A stretch of DNA of 64,000 bases from an uncultured archaeon (lineage in GTDB: Archaea; Asgardarchaeota; Thorarchaeia; Thorarchaeales; Thorarchaeaceae). This document shows positions 27,045 to 37,024 of the stretch, piece after piece; within the stretch, counting starts at the first letter, position 1; each line of letters opens with the position of its first letter. A model generated the notes under the pieces. It saw only the letters and a program-made list of their open reading frames with translations, was not told where the DNA came from and did not search any database. Location: positions 64,001 through 128,000 of the forward strand of contig CAYYQL010000002.1 of the NCBI GenBank assembly GCA_964473825.1, given 5' to 3'. Made by a program: the position numbers and the translations under genes.

Positions 27045-29810
27045 TCAATACAAGTCAACAGGCACCCAGAAGGTTGTCCATGGAGCTGCAAATGTCGGTT
27101 CGCCAGACTGTATGTTGTCCCAGAACAGAAAGCGAATTTGATAGTTCATCCCTGGAATCATCCTCAAGTCCTGGGGGTCTGAGGAGTTCAGTGGTAACAG
27201 GAATTCCACAGTCCGATTACCGATGGCGTATTCTGACGGGGTGGAGTCAGACGAGTCTGGTACCCAATCGCCTTCGAAGCTCACATATCCGTCAAAATAG
27301 TCATGACCATCATAATTCACGACGCGAATGTCTGGACTCGAGATAGTTCCCAGATCGGATAGCTGAATCCCAAAGGCGTCATTCTCCACGTCAAGCTGAT
27401 CCATTTCGATTCCGAAGTACACATGTGTGCCGTTGGCACGTGTGTACACCGTCGCCTCATAGCCGCCTCCGAAGACTACCTCAAAGGAGGCAAAGTCCTG
27501 CTCGGACGCTGAAACATTACCATTCATGTCTACATTGAGAGTGCCCTTTTCAATGGGCCAGTCTGAATCGAGCTTGTTCTGATATTGTTCCAGCATCGTG
27601 TAGTCTATCTCATAAATTTTCACGAGACCATATTCACCGCTGGTGAAGACCAAATCAAACGCACCATGGAGATTCTGAGGAGCATTGTTCTTCCAGCGTG
27701 TATCGGGGTTGTTCTGATCACTCAGATACTGCATGTCAGCCTGCTGCCGCGATTCAGGCAGATTCATCTGAGCCAGCTCTTCCTCACTGCGTGGTTCCCC
27801 ATATAGCATCAGTTTGTAAAGCGTTGTTTCGAAGAACGCATTTAGAGTGTAGTCGGTCTCAGTCTGAGACGTATCAGGGTTGTCGCCGAGATAGGTCTTG
27901 TCGTCAATCACGGCACTTCCGAGACGGTCCTCAGCAATGCGCACCATCCAAGGCCATTTCCCCTCGTCGCCACCAAAGCCCGACACACGGTGGCCCCAAT
28001 ACACTAGGACATGCGACGTATTCCACTTCTTGAAGGTCTCCAAGGATGCTGTCAGGTTTCGGGCCATCATTGCATAGCCCATGAGAGCTATCTGTGTGGC
28101 ATTATGTGTGGAGTTGTCCACTATCGTCTGGGCACCCCCGGCACTGTTGATCCAGTAACCGTAATCCCACCAGCTTGCAATGGTAGCAGTTGAAGGGAGA
28201 ACATTCCGAATGAAGTTCATTGCCGTCTGCCAGTCCGTATTCCTTGCACCAGTAGAGATCTGGCCAGATGCAAATTCAGGCCTTCCTGCTTGATTTGTCG
28301 AGTAGTTCACGCCGCCGAATATTGTCATTGAGAGCAACAGCCCGACAAAGACATAGGCAGCAAGAGCGTGTTCGGAGGTCAGTGATGAGCTCATGCGCAG
28401 TCGCCGTCGTTCAAATACAGACTGCTGAGTGAAGATTCTGGAGAAGGGGGTTAGTACTTGATTCACAGCAATAGCTGACAGCACTGCGACACCAGGGGCA
28501 AGGATAAGACCAAGACGAATCATACTCCCTGCGAAATAGACAGCAGTGACTCCGTACAGAATGATTAGCCAATCCTCATCTTTTCCTCTTTTGAAAGCGA
28601 AGTACATGCCCAATGGGAAGAAGAAGACAAGAACGAGGAGGGTGTTATAGAAACTACTCCATGGAGTCGGCATGTGTTCCGCCACTGATGCGAATATCCT
28701 CTGGTCAAGCCTGTAGAATGGGTTGATAACTGTCAGAAACTTGCCGCCAATGGTTAGAATAGGGTTGGCATTGGCCGTGGAAATGTCTAGCTCGGAACCA
28801 CTGGCGTAGATGAAGTACGATGTTGCTGCAATCACAGGAGCACCTATCGCGAGAAGTATGGGTTTCATGTGGGGAGAGAGTGCTTCTGCTGTGGATTCTC
28901 TATAGCTCTCCACCCTCAACCATATCTCGTATATTGCCAGCAGAGCAGCAACGCCGATAGGCACCAATGTTGAAAATTGCGTCAGATTGTTGAAGCCATT
29001 CCTAGGGACCAGCCCCCCAATGAACATACCAATCGAAACTGTGGTCAGATATGATGAGAGCAATCTCTTGCTGTAGCGACCTGCGACCAACAATAGAAAT
29101 GCATAGAGGGCAAACAGGTCAAGAAGAAAGTCAGCTGCACCCCATGAAGATAGAAGATATGCCAGAGACAGACCTGCTCCAACAGCAGAGGGAAGGGAAT
29201 TCCTCTTGATACTTCTGGTAAAGAAGAACACTGTCAGAACGATAGCAAACACACCGATACATTCGTTGTCATAAAATCCTACTATTGTTCTCTGTAGAAA
29301 TGCAGGCATGAATCCCATGAAGAGAGCACTTAGAAGACCAACTGAATTATTCGAGATCTCTCGTCCAAGGAAGAAAGCTGCAATAGTTGTGAGTGCGCCC
29401 AATAAGGCGGGCATCAGGATTGAAACATAAGTCACACTGACGGGTATACCAAGTCCGTTTGCAGCAAAGTATAGGAAAGCACTTGTGAAGGGTACTCCAA
29501 CATAGGTAGTCCTACCTATCTCTCTGCCAAAGGGCACCCACGTATAGGCATCATGCCAGCCAAAATACGCGCCGTATCCGTTCTCGACTACATACTCGGT
29601 CGCCTTCAGCTGAAACCACGGGTCAAATGCACGGACAATAGGTTGTGCATCAATAAGAGGAATAAGTCGTAGTGCCAGAGAAGCGAAGAAGATGATAGTG
29701 AGCGTAACGGCAATGATGATGGATCCTCGTGAAATCTTTGCTTTTGGTCTATGGAATGCTCTTCTCAGAAACCTTCCAGTTGACCGCTTGTATCTATTGA
29801 ACTTAGACAT
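27045..29810 (-). CDS. aglB: oligosaccharyltransferase catalytic subunit STT3/AglB with a C-terminal beta-rich extension
   Basis: FDPWF, GFYDNE, ASVAEH, WWDYG, DEGKWPWMVRIA motifs. Confidence 0.95.
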   Translation of the reverse strand: MSKFNRYKRSTGRFLRRAFHRPKAKISRGSIIIAVTLTIIFFASLALRLIPLIDAQPIVRAFDPWFQLKATEYVVENGYGAYFGWHDAYTWVPFGREIGRTTYVGVPFTSAFLYFAANGLGIPVSVTYVSILMPALLGALTTIAAFFLGREISNNSVGLLSALFMGFMPAFLQRTIVGFYDNECIGVFAIVLTVFFFTRSIKRNSLPSAVGAGLSLAYLLSSWGAADFLLDLFALYAFLLLVAGRYSKRLLSSYLTTVSIGMFIGGLVPRNGFNNLTQFSTLVPIGVAALLAIYEIWLRVESYRESTAEALSPHMKPILLAIGAPVIAATSYFIYASGSELDISTANANPILTIGGKFLTVINPFYRLDQRIFASVAEHMPTPWSSFYNTLLVLVFFFPLGMYFAFKRGKDEDWLIILYGVTAVYFAGSMIRLGLILAPGVAVLSAIAVNQVLTPFSRIFTQQSVFERRRLRMSSSLTSEHALAAYVFVGLLLSMTIFGGVNYSTNQAGRPEFASGQISTGARNTDWQTAMNFIRNVLPSTATIASWWDYGYWINSAGGAQTIVDNSTHNATQIALMGYAMMARNLTASLETFKKWNTSHVLVYWGHRVSGFGGDEGKWPWMVRIAEDRLGSAVIDDKTYLGDNPDTSQTETDYTLNAFFETTLYKLMLYGEPRSEEELAQMNLPESRQQADMQYLSDQNNPDTRWKNNAPQNLHGAFDLVFTSGEYGLVKIYEIDYTMLEQYQNKLDSDWPIEKGTLNVDMNGNVSASEQDFASFEVVFGGGYEATVYTRANGTHVYFGIEMDQLDVENDAFGIQLSDLGTISSPDIRVVNYDGHDYFDGYVSFEGDWVPDSSDSTPSEYAIGNRTVEFLLPLNSSDPQDLRMIPGMNYQIRFLFWDNIQSGEPTFAAPWTTFWVPVDLY

Positions 29811-29993
29811 GCAGAGTGCTCTCTCCGTTCTGACTCGAATCCAACGGAGCAGATTTGGGATGTGCTAAAAAGGTTGTGTTTGGAGGTAGAGGTGTACTAC
29901 CTAGTATGACCTATTGGTGGCAAAAAGATTGGATTCTTGAAAAGAAAAGTGGTGATGACCTGCCACAGAAGGCCATCGGTCACCATCTGGATA

Positions 29994-30380
29994 TCATTCC
30001 TCGATGAACTCGGCGTATGCTTTTGCATCCATGAGTTTCTTCAGTTCCGCATCTAGGTTGGAGGGTTTAATCTTGAACATCCAGCCCTTACCATAAGGGT
30101 CTTCGTTGACAATCTCCGGAGCATCCTCCAAATCACGATTGACTTCAACAATCTCACCGGAGAGTGGAGAGAATATGTCAGAAGAGGCTTTCATGGACTC
30201 TACCAGGCCAATCTCATCACCCGCATCAACAGCAGTACCTTCTTCGGTTATCTCTACAAAGGTTATCTCGTGCAAAGAGTTCTGTGCGTGATCTGTGATT
30301 CCAACCACAGCTGTGTTGTCCTCAACTCTCACCCATTCGTGTTCTTCGCTGTATACTAAATCATCTGGAACTTTCGTCAT
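29994..30380 (-). CDS. gcvH: glycine cleavage system H protein
   Basis: YSEEHEWV, VGITDHAQ, VESMKA (lipoyl Lys), NEDPYGKGW. Confidence 0.97.
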   Translation of the reverse strand: MTKVPDDLVYSEEHEWVRVEDNTAVVGITDHAQNSLHEITFVEITEEGTAVDAGDEIGLVESMKASSDIFSPLSGEIVEVNRDLEDAPEIVNEDPYGKGWMFKIKPSNLDAELKKLMDAKAYAEFIEE

Positions 30381-30435
30381 ATGGCTCCACCAACTAAGCA
30401 GGTCTGAACTCCTGCTCATTTAAATGACTTCTCAT

Positions 30436-31581
30436 TCAGTCCTTTCGGCTCTCGCCGTATTCATCCGGGTCGTAGAAAGGCCATTGAGTAACTCTGGCTT
30501 TGCGAATGCGTCCTTTGATACCAACCTCGATGGAATCGCCATCTTCAACCAGATTTGGCTTTACATATGCCATACCAATTCCATTGCTAAGCACTGGGGA
30601 CATGGTGCCACTGGTCACTTCTCCAATCTCCTCTCCATTCAGAAGGACAGGATAGTGCTGTCGAGGTATTCCTCGGTCAACCATGACTAGTCCAATGCGG
30701 GTCTTCTCAACACCTTCCTTCTTCTGTTTCCGCACGATATCATAGCCAATATAGTGGGGGTCAACCTTGAACTTCACTGCGTAAGGAATTCGAGCCTCGA
30801 TGGGCGAGGTTTCTTCGTCGAGTTCATGTCCGTACAGAACGAAACCAGCCTCTAGACGAGCAGCATCGCGCGCGCCCAGACCACAGGGCTTGATACCGAA
30901 CTCAGCTCCCAAGTCGAGAATCCCCTCCCAGAATGCAGTGGCCTTCTTCTTCCCGGCGTTGTCAAATGGTGTGTCTAGAAGGAGAATCTCGCCTCCTGTT
31001 TCGCCAGTATAACCTGTCCGACAGAGATAGCATTCTTCATTGAGCAGCTGAACCTTATGTGCACTAAACCGAGGCTGGTCTGAAACGTCATGTTCGCCCA
31101 TTCTTGAGAGGAGTTCCAGGGCCTTTGGCCCCTGGACAGCAATCATCACTATCTCATGTGACTTATCCTGAACCTCTACGTCGAATCTGCTCCGATATTG
31201 AAGCATGTGTGCCCATATTTTGGGCCCATTAGCCGCATTAGTCACCCAGATGTATTGGTTCTCAGCAACCCTGTATAACATGAGGTCGTCTTGAGTTCCA
31301 CCATGCTCGTTGAGACAGGTCGAATAGTGACCATCATTTACATTAAGTTTCTTGACGTTGTTTGTGGTCAGATATTGAAGGAAGTCCGCTGACTCCGGAC
31401 CTTCAATCATAAAACGAAACATGTTGCTAGTGTCAAAGACGCCAACCCCTTCACGGACTGCCATAGTTTCCTCCCGGATGCTGGTGAATCTTACCGGCAT
31501 CTTCCACCCAACGAAATCGACGATGTCACTATGTTTCTTGTGCCAGTCATAGAGATGTGTTCGCTTTGGTTCATTGGTCAT
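30436..31581 (-). CDS. gcvT: glycine cleavage system aminomethyltransferase T
   Basis: FVGWKMP, AVQGP, RTGYTGE, GLGARD..RLEAG. Confidence 0.96.
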   Translation of the reverse strand: MTNEPKRTHLYDWHKKHSDIVDFVGWKMPVRFTSIREETMAVREGVGVFDTSNMFRFMIEGPESADFLQYLTTNNVKKLNVNDGHYSTCLNEHGGTQDDLMLYRVAENQYIWVTNAANGPKIWAHMLQYRSRFDVEVQDKSHEIVMIAVQGPKALELLSRMGEHDVSDQPRFSAHKVQLLNEECYLCRTGYTGETGGEILLLDTPFDNAGKKKATAFWEGILDLGAEFGIKPCGLGARDAARLEAGFVLYGHELDEETSPIEARIPYAVKFKVDPHYIGYDIVRKQKKEGVEKTRIGLVMVDRGIPRQHYPVLLNGEEIGEVTSGTMSPVLSNGIGMAYVKPNLVEDGDSIEVGIKGRIRKARVTQWPFYDPDEYGESRKD

Positions 31582-31669
31582 CTTGTTTCACCACGAGTCG
31601 CACATGGTGGGTCAAATCCGCTATGTTTTATCTTCTTCCATGTGTCATCTATGATAGAGGTCTTCAACA

Positions 31670-32890
31670 TTGCATGATAGTACTGTCGATATCAATGGGC
31701 TCTTGATAGGTAACAGATATCCACCAAGAGTGATGGGGGTCATCAACCTTTCCCCTGAATCGTTCTACAAGGGTTCTGTACATCAGAACGTTGAGGAAGT
31801 TGTTTCCGCAGCGGGCCAAATGGAGGAAGATGGGGCAGAGCTGATCGACATCGGAGGTGCATCTACCGCACCAAAGGAAATGTATGGAACACTGGGAACC
31901 AACATTGAAACAGAGCTAGAACGTGTCAAGGGAGCCCTGCAAGCCCTAGATGGAAATGTGAGCGTCCCCATCTCAATAGACACTACATCTGCAAAGGTTG
32001 CAGAGACGGCATTGGAGCGCGGCGCAGATATGGTGAATGACGTAACTGGGTTTCAGGGAGATGCAGAGATGATTCACGTGATTCGTGAGTATTCGGTTCC
32101 TGCGATAGCCATGGCTCATTGCGAACCAAACAGCCAAACATTGGCTGCCAGCGTAAACGCTCTCAGGAAGAGCCTAGAGATTGCTGAACGGAGTCATGTC
32201 GAAACCAGTCAGTTAATACTGGACCCTGGTGTTGGATTTGGAAACCCCACAGAGGTGGATCTTCGAATTATAAGATTCCTTAATCGATTCATAATGCTTG
32301 GGAGACCCTTGCTTGTTGGTGTTTCACGAAAGGCCTTTGTTGGAGAGATATTGAATCAGGAACGTCCGGAGGACAGGCTTATTGGTAGCCTTGCGGTCAC
32401 AGCAATTGCTGTTTCAAAGGGGGCATCTGTCGTCAGAACTCATGATGTCAGAGAAACAGTGATGCTTCTCAGAATGAGTAACGCAGTAAGAGGGAGAGAG
32501 GAGTTGCAGACGGAGAAGGCAGTGTTGCTTGATGTGGAAGATGAATCAGGGATCGAAGTGCTATTGGAACGAGTGGGAACACGAAGCGATGTAAGAAACG
32601 CTCTTGCAAAGAAAGGAGTCATGCTGACTCTCCTGTTGAAAGACATGACTGTACCCGGTGCGCTGATCTTGAAGCAGGAGATGCTTGCACTGGGGGGTGA
32701 TGCGGCCTACCATCATGATACCATCGACTTTGAGAGGAAGAAGACAGATGTCTTGCTCATGGGTACCGTACTCCAGATTGGTAGACTCTCCTCGAAGATA
32801 AGGGGTATGGGCTACTTTGGACTGCCCAAGATTGGGCAAGATTTACAGAGGCTTCTCAAAGAGAGGAAAAAAGAGATGTGTGGAGTATGA
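31670..32890 (+). CDS. folP: dihydropteroate synthase with a C-terminal accessory domain
   Basis: MGVINLSPESF, IDIGGAST, SIDT, LDPGVGF, GVSRK, RTHDV. Confidence 0.93.
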   Translation: MHDSTVDINGLLIGNRYPPRVMGVINLSPESFYKGSVHQNVEEVVSAAGQMEEDGAELIDIGGASTAPKEMYGTLGTNIETELERVKGALQALDGNVSVPISIDTTSAKVAETALERGADMVNDVTGFQGDAEMIHVIREYSVPAIAMAHCEPNSQTLAASVNALRKSLEIAERSHVETSQLILDPGVGFGNPTEVDLRIIRFLNRFIMLGRPLLVGVSRKAFVGEILNQERPEDRLIGSLAVTAIAVSKGASVVRTHDVRETVMLLRMSNAVRGREELQTEKAVLLDVEDESGIEVLLERVGTRSDVRNALAKKGVMLTLLLKDMTVPGALILKQEMLALGGDAAYHHDTIDFERKKTDVLLMGTVLQIGRLSSKIRGMGYFGLPKIGQDLQRLLKERKKEMCGV

Positions 32891-33600
32891 TGGACTGGCG
32901 CCAATGGAAACCCATCTATGGAACTATTGTTGAGAGGCTTAGGCTTGATCCAGAAGAGGACAGGAAAGCGACTCGATTGCTGACACACCTGCTCAGGGAA
33001 ACAAGTCCAGACCTGCTGATGCACCGACTCCGAGGGCTGATCAAGGGGCAGAGCGTGATAGTATGTGGTGCAGGGCCGTCATTGGAAAATCATCTTCTTC
33101 GAATCAGTAGTGACTTGGACTTGAAGAAAGCAGTGCTTGTTGCTGCCGATGGTGCTGCAGAGGGGATGGCTTGTTTTGATATGAAACCAGATGTGGTTGT
33201 AACAGATCTTGACGGGGATCGTGGCACACTTCGGCAGTTAGCAGAGAGTGGAGCAGTTGTCATTGTGCATGCACACGGAGACAATATGGCCCTAGTCAGA
33301 CGTATCACTCCCATTCTTCCTCCAGTGCTCGGAAGTACTCAAGTAGAGCCGACAGACAGAGCATTCCTCTGGGGAGGATTCACTGATGGAGATAGGGCAT
33401 GCTATGTGGTGGCAGAGTATGAACCTTCAATGATTATTCTAGCTGGAATGGACTTTGGCGATTACGTCGGAAAATGGTCAAAGCCTGACAGTTTGCAATC
33501 ACAGCTGGCAACTGAAAATAAGAGGGAGAAGCTCAGAATCGGACAGGAACTCCTAGAGCAACTCATTGCATCATCAGGAATCAAATTCACCAAGTTGTGA
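32878..33600 (+). CDS. mptE: 6-hydroxymethyl-7,8-dihydropterin pyrophosphokinase (archaeal MptE)
   Basis: GAGPSL, AADGA, VVTDLDG, HAHGDN, GGFTDGDR, GMDF. Confidence 0.9.
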   Translation: MWSMMDWRQWKPIYGTIVERLRLDPEEDRKATRLLTHLLRETSPDLLMHRLRGLIKGQSVIVCGAGPSLENHLLRISSDLDLKKAVLVAADGAAEGMACFDMKPDVVVTDLDGDRGTLRQLAESGAVVIVHAHGDNMALVRRITPILPPVLGSTQVEPTDRAFLWGGFTDGDRACYVVAEYEPSMIILAGMDFGDYVGKWSKPDSLQSQLATENKREKLRIGQELLEQLIASSGIKFTKL

Positions 33601-33624
33601 GAGTACCCATGTGGGCCCTCTTCC

Positions 33625-34038
33625 TCAATACTTCATTCCAAAGAGGTACGTGATGATAAGGAAAGCAGAACCTGCGAGTATCGCTCCCAGTATCATCAGT
33701 CGGGAAGCATAGCCAGGCTGGAGTACATACTTGGATGAATAGTAGACTAGTCCAAGACCTAGGGTGCCCATGAAGAAAACCACTGCGGTAACGATGCCCT
33801 CCATACCAAGCTGAGCTTCAGGAGTTGGAGCAATCAGAATGGGTGTGCCACCAGAACCAGTAGCAATAGGCGGCGGGTTCCTGACAAGTGTGTATATATT
33901 CCCTCCAAGCACGAAGAGGACTACTATGAACATAATGCCGAATATGACAATGTCAGGCGGACGGGTCGGTGAAGTGAAACGCGGCCTCGTTAGTCTGACT
34001 CTTGGCTTGACAATGAACCGTAGCCACCGTTGGGTCAC
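33625..34038 (-). CDS. OST3/OST6-family, OSTC/DC2-like oligosaccharyltransferase subunit
   Basis: 3 TM helices with GGNIY.LV..PP and QLGMEG motifs, matching eukaryotic DC2 GGIIYDVIVEPP and QYIMEG as recalled. Confidence 0.75.
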   Translation of the reverse strand: MTQRWLRFIVKPRVRLTRPRFTSPTRPPDIVIFGIMFIVVLFVLGGNIYTLVRNPPPIATGSGGTPILIAPTPEAQLGMEGIVTAVVFFMGTLGLGLVYYSSKYVLQPGYASRLMILGAILAGSAFLIITYLFGMKY

Positions 34039-34193
34039 TTTCTTGTTACCTCAGCGCATTTCTTTGGAGGTCCTCTTTTAAGACTATCGCGGTATGCACG
34101 GATGTACTAGAGCCGTCGGCTACCAACAGATAAATTTAGCGAATATCAAGTGAAGAAAGCTTACACTGAGAGTGAACTATACTGTCCAAGATA

Positions 34194-36284
34194 ATGGTGA
34201 TTTCAGAAAAACCAATGGCTGCCAGGAAGATAGCAGACGCCCTTGATGAATCCGGAGCACCGCAAGAAATCAAGAAAGGAAAGAGCTCCTATTTTCAATG
34301 TAAGAGGGGCAATGATGAGTTACTTGTCGTCTATGCATTGGGTCATCTGTATGAACTCAAGCAAACTGAGAAGGGATGGAAATATCCGAGACTGGAGACC
34401 AAGTGGGTTCCTAAGTACGAAGTTGATAAGAAGGCTAAGAATGTCAAACCCATCATCTCCCTCATCAAGAAGCTGTCATCGGAAGTGGAGAAGTACGTTG
34501 TGGCAACCGACTATGATGTCGAGGGGAGTCTCATCGGTTATCTCACGCTCAGATACGCATGCAAGAGCGATGTTGAGAAGGCAAAACGAATGCGATTCTC
34601 AACTCTTACTAAGAGAGACCTGCAGGTGTCCTACGATGAGCAGCTTAGCAGCCTCAATCTCCCAATGATAGAGTCAGGACATGTGAGGCATGAGATCGAC
34701 TGGTTATATGGCATAAACCTGACCCGTGCTCTTACACTGGCAATCAAAAATGCTGCGGGCTGGTTCAAGATAGTATCCACAGGCAGAGTACAAGGCCCGA
34801 CACTTGCTTTTGTAGCTGAGCGGGACCAAGAAGTGAATGTCTTTGTGCCACTGCCCTACTGGATGATAAGGGCCACCGGATTGTATGAAAAAGTGGAGCT
34901 GGAACTTGAATACTCAAAGAAGAGGATTGACCAGAAGACTGAGGCTGAGAAGATTGTTGCAGCAGTCAAAGGAAGAACAGCAGTAGTCCAAGACATCAAG
35001 AAGAGAGAGATATCTCAGTCACCTCCGCCCCCCTTCAACCTGAGTTCGCTTCAATCTGAGGCTTATCGACACTTCGGCTTCAAGCCAAGCCGCACACTCG
35101 CGATTGCCCAGAAGCTGTATCTTGATGCACTCATCTCCTATCCACGAACAAGCAGTCAAAGAATACCAGAGAGTGTGGATGTCAGGAACATTCTCGAATT
35201 GCTCGGAAAAACGAGAAACTACAAAAGTATTGTGAACGCCATAGTGACTGCTGGGAACTTGGTGCCACAGCAGGGGGAGAAGTCGGATCCAGCACATCCA
35301 GCCATTCATCCAACAGGGGAGAAGGCAACAAGAAAGCTCACCTCTGCCGAGAAGCAATTATACGATTTAGTGGTCAGAAGATTCTTGGCTGCATTTGGAG
35401 AGAACTCGGTAAGACAGTCCATTAGGGCCGATATTCATTGTGAGGAACATCTCTTCTACCTGAGGGGGATAAAGACGCTGATTGAAGGTTGGACAGAATT
35501 CTACGGTCAGTATGCCTCCCGAGAGGAGAGGAAATTACCACCATTGGCCGTAGGTAGCAAGATACAGATTTCTCTAGTTCAGGACGAGGAGAAGAGGACT
35601 CCACCACCATCGCGATATAATCCTTCGAGCCTGCTCAAGACTCTCGAAAAAGAGGACTTAGGCACGAAGGCGACTAGATCAGGAATAGTTGACTCGTTAA
35701 AATCACGCGGGTACGTTCTCAATGACAAGTTTGAGGTGTCGACCCTAGGATATGCTGCTTATGAAACCCTCCAGCGCTATGTTCCGGAACTACTGTCAAC
35801 GGACTTCACCCGAAGACTTGAACAGCAGATGGAAGAGATTCGAGAGGGAGGATGTAGCCGAGAACAGGTCTTAGCCAATGCCAAGGAGGATCTCGCGGGG
35901 TTGTTGAAAACGTTCAGCGATCAGGAGGAGAGAATTGGGCAAGATCTTGTTGCAGGGTTGAAACGCTACTGGAGAGAGAAGGAGGAGATTGGGCCATGTC
36001 CAAAGTGTGATGACGGAACGCTCATCATCATCCGCTCACCAAAGAGTGGAAAACGCTTTGTCGGTTGTTCGAATTACCGTAAGACAGGTTGTGATCAGAC
36101 CTATCCGTTGCCTCAGAAAGGATCGATACAACCTCTTGAGAAGAAATGTGAGTACTGTGGTCAGGCTATGCTCAGGGTGAGTTCAAGAAGACGCTCATGG
36201 GAGACCTGTGTGAACTGGGCTGACTGCCCGGGCAGACAAGAGGCCCTTGAGGAACTAGAGAAGAGGAGGAAAGGCAGTGAATAG
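34194..36284 (+). CDS. topA: DNA topoisomerase I (type IA)
   Basis: SEKP, ATDYDVEG, STGRVQGP, LISYPRT (catalytic Tyr), AHPAIHPT, GTKATR, C-terminal zinc ribbons. Confidence 0.97.
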   Translation: MVISEKPMAARKIADALDESGAPQEIKKGKSSYFQCKRGNDELLVVYALGHLYELKQTEKGWKYPRLETKWVPKYEVDKKAKNVKPIISLIKKLSSEVEKYVVATDYDVEGSLIGYLTLRYACKSDVEKAKRMRFSTLTKRDLQVSYDEQLSSLNLPMIESGHVRHEIDWLYGINLTRALTLAIKNAAGWFKIVSTGRVQGPTLAFVAERDQEVNVFVPLPYWMIRATGLYEKVELELEYSKKRIDQKTEAEKIVAAVKGRTAVVQDIKKREISQSPPPPFNLSSLQSEAYRHFGFKPSRTLAIAQKLYLDALISYPRTSSQRIPESVDVRNILELLGKTRNYKSIVNAIVTAGNLVPQQGEKSDPAHPAIHPTGEKATRKLTSAEKQLYDLVVRRFLAAFGENSVRQSIRADIHCEEHLFYLRGIKTLIEGWTEFYGQYASREERKLPPLAVGSKIQISLVQDEEKRTPPPSRYNPSSLLKTLEKEDLGTKATRSGIVDSLKSRGYVLNDKFEVSTLGYAAYETLQRYVPELLSTDFTRRLEQQMEEIREGGCSREQVLANAKEDLAGLLKTFSDQEERIGQDLVAGLKRYWREKEEIGPCPKCDDGTLIIIRSPKSGKRFVGCSNYRKTGCDQTYPLPQKGSIQPLEKKCEYCGQAMLRVSSRRRSWETCVNWADCPGRQEALEELEKRRKGSE

Positions 36285-36543
36285 TCAAGAGAAACCGCCA
36301 CAAGAGCACTGTTCCGTCTGCGGAAGACCAACGAAATCGTTCTTCTTCTGTGAGTACCATGAAACTGCACTTCATAACCTGAGAAACGCCTTCGTGACCT
36401 GGCAAGGCGCCCTGTCTATTGATTGGGCAACATTCTTGGAAATAGTACAAGAGGCTGATGAAACAGGCGACTGGGTACTTGAGGTTATTGAATTCATCAG
36501 GTCAGAAGACGTTCCTTTAGAGTTGAAACAACCTCCAACATAG
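36277..36543 (+). CDS. hypothetical zinc-binding protein
   Basis: CSVC...CEYH; overlaps the topA stop, suggesting translational coupling. Confidence 0.65.
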   Translation: MNSQEKPPQEHCSVCGRPTKSFFFCEYHETALHNLRNAFVTWQGALSIDWATFLEIVQEADETGDWVLEVIEFIRSEDVPLELKQPPT

Positions 36544-36919
36544 ACGCACGATCGAATTCACTGACAGCAACGATTGCCATGCATGGCTGACCAGTCCACG
36601 CACTGAGACGTTCCGCAATGGTCCGAACTAGAGTGGTATCGATACCCATGGTGAACAGTCCGGTAGAAGTTGGCCCAGAATGACCTGTGCTCGACGGGAT
36701 AGCAACTGCAGAGGGGCCAATCTTGTATTTATTCGAATCGGATATCATGACCATAAGGCCGTTCTCCAGCTCCATCACGCGAAAAAGGAGTCTTCCCTTA
36801 CTAGTTTCTGCTGTGAAATCACTGATGTTACTCGGCAACTCAATCAACTCGTTCTGGATTCGCCCACAGAGGAATATCAGAGAGACTGCAAATAAACTAG
36901 CAGGATTTACGGCAGCCAT
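36497..36919 (-). CDS. proteasome assembly chaperone 4 (PAC4/PSMG4)-like protein
   Basis: FRVMELENGLMVMIS...SAVAIP...TSTGLF...IAERLSAWTGQPC pattern parallels PAC4. Confidence 0.65.
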   Translation of the reverse strand: MAAVNPASLFAVSLIFLCGRIQNELIELPSNISDFTAETSKGRLLFRVMELENGLMVMISDSNKYKIGPSAVAIPSSTGHSGPTSTGLFTMGIDTTLVRTIAERLSAWTGQPCMAIVAVSEFDRASMLEVVSTLKERLLT

Positions 36920-37024
36920 GCCTGAGCTAGACAGATTTGAGTGCCTATCAGAGGGCTCAGATGCCTGTCTAACTCACTGAATGGTATGGACTGATAGAAC
37001 AACAGTATTATCAAGCTCGGTTAT

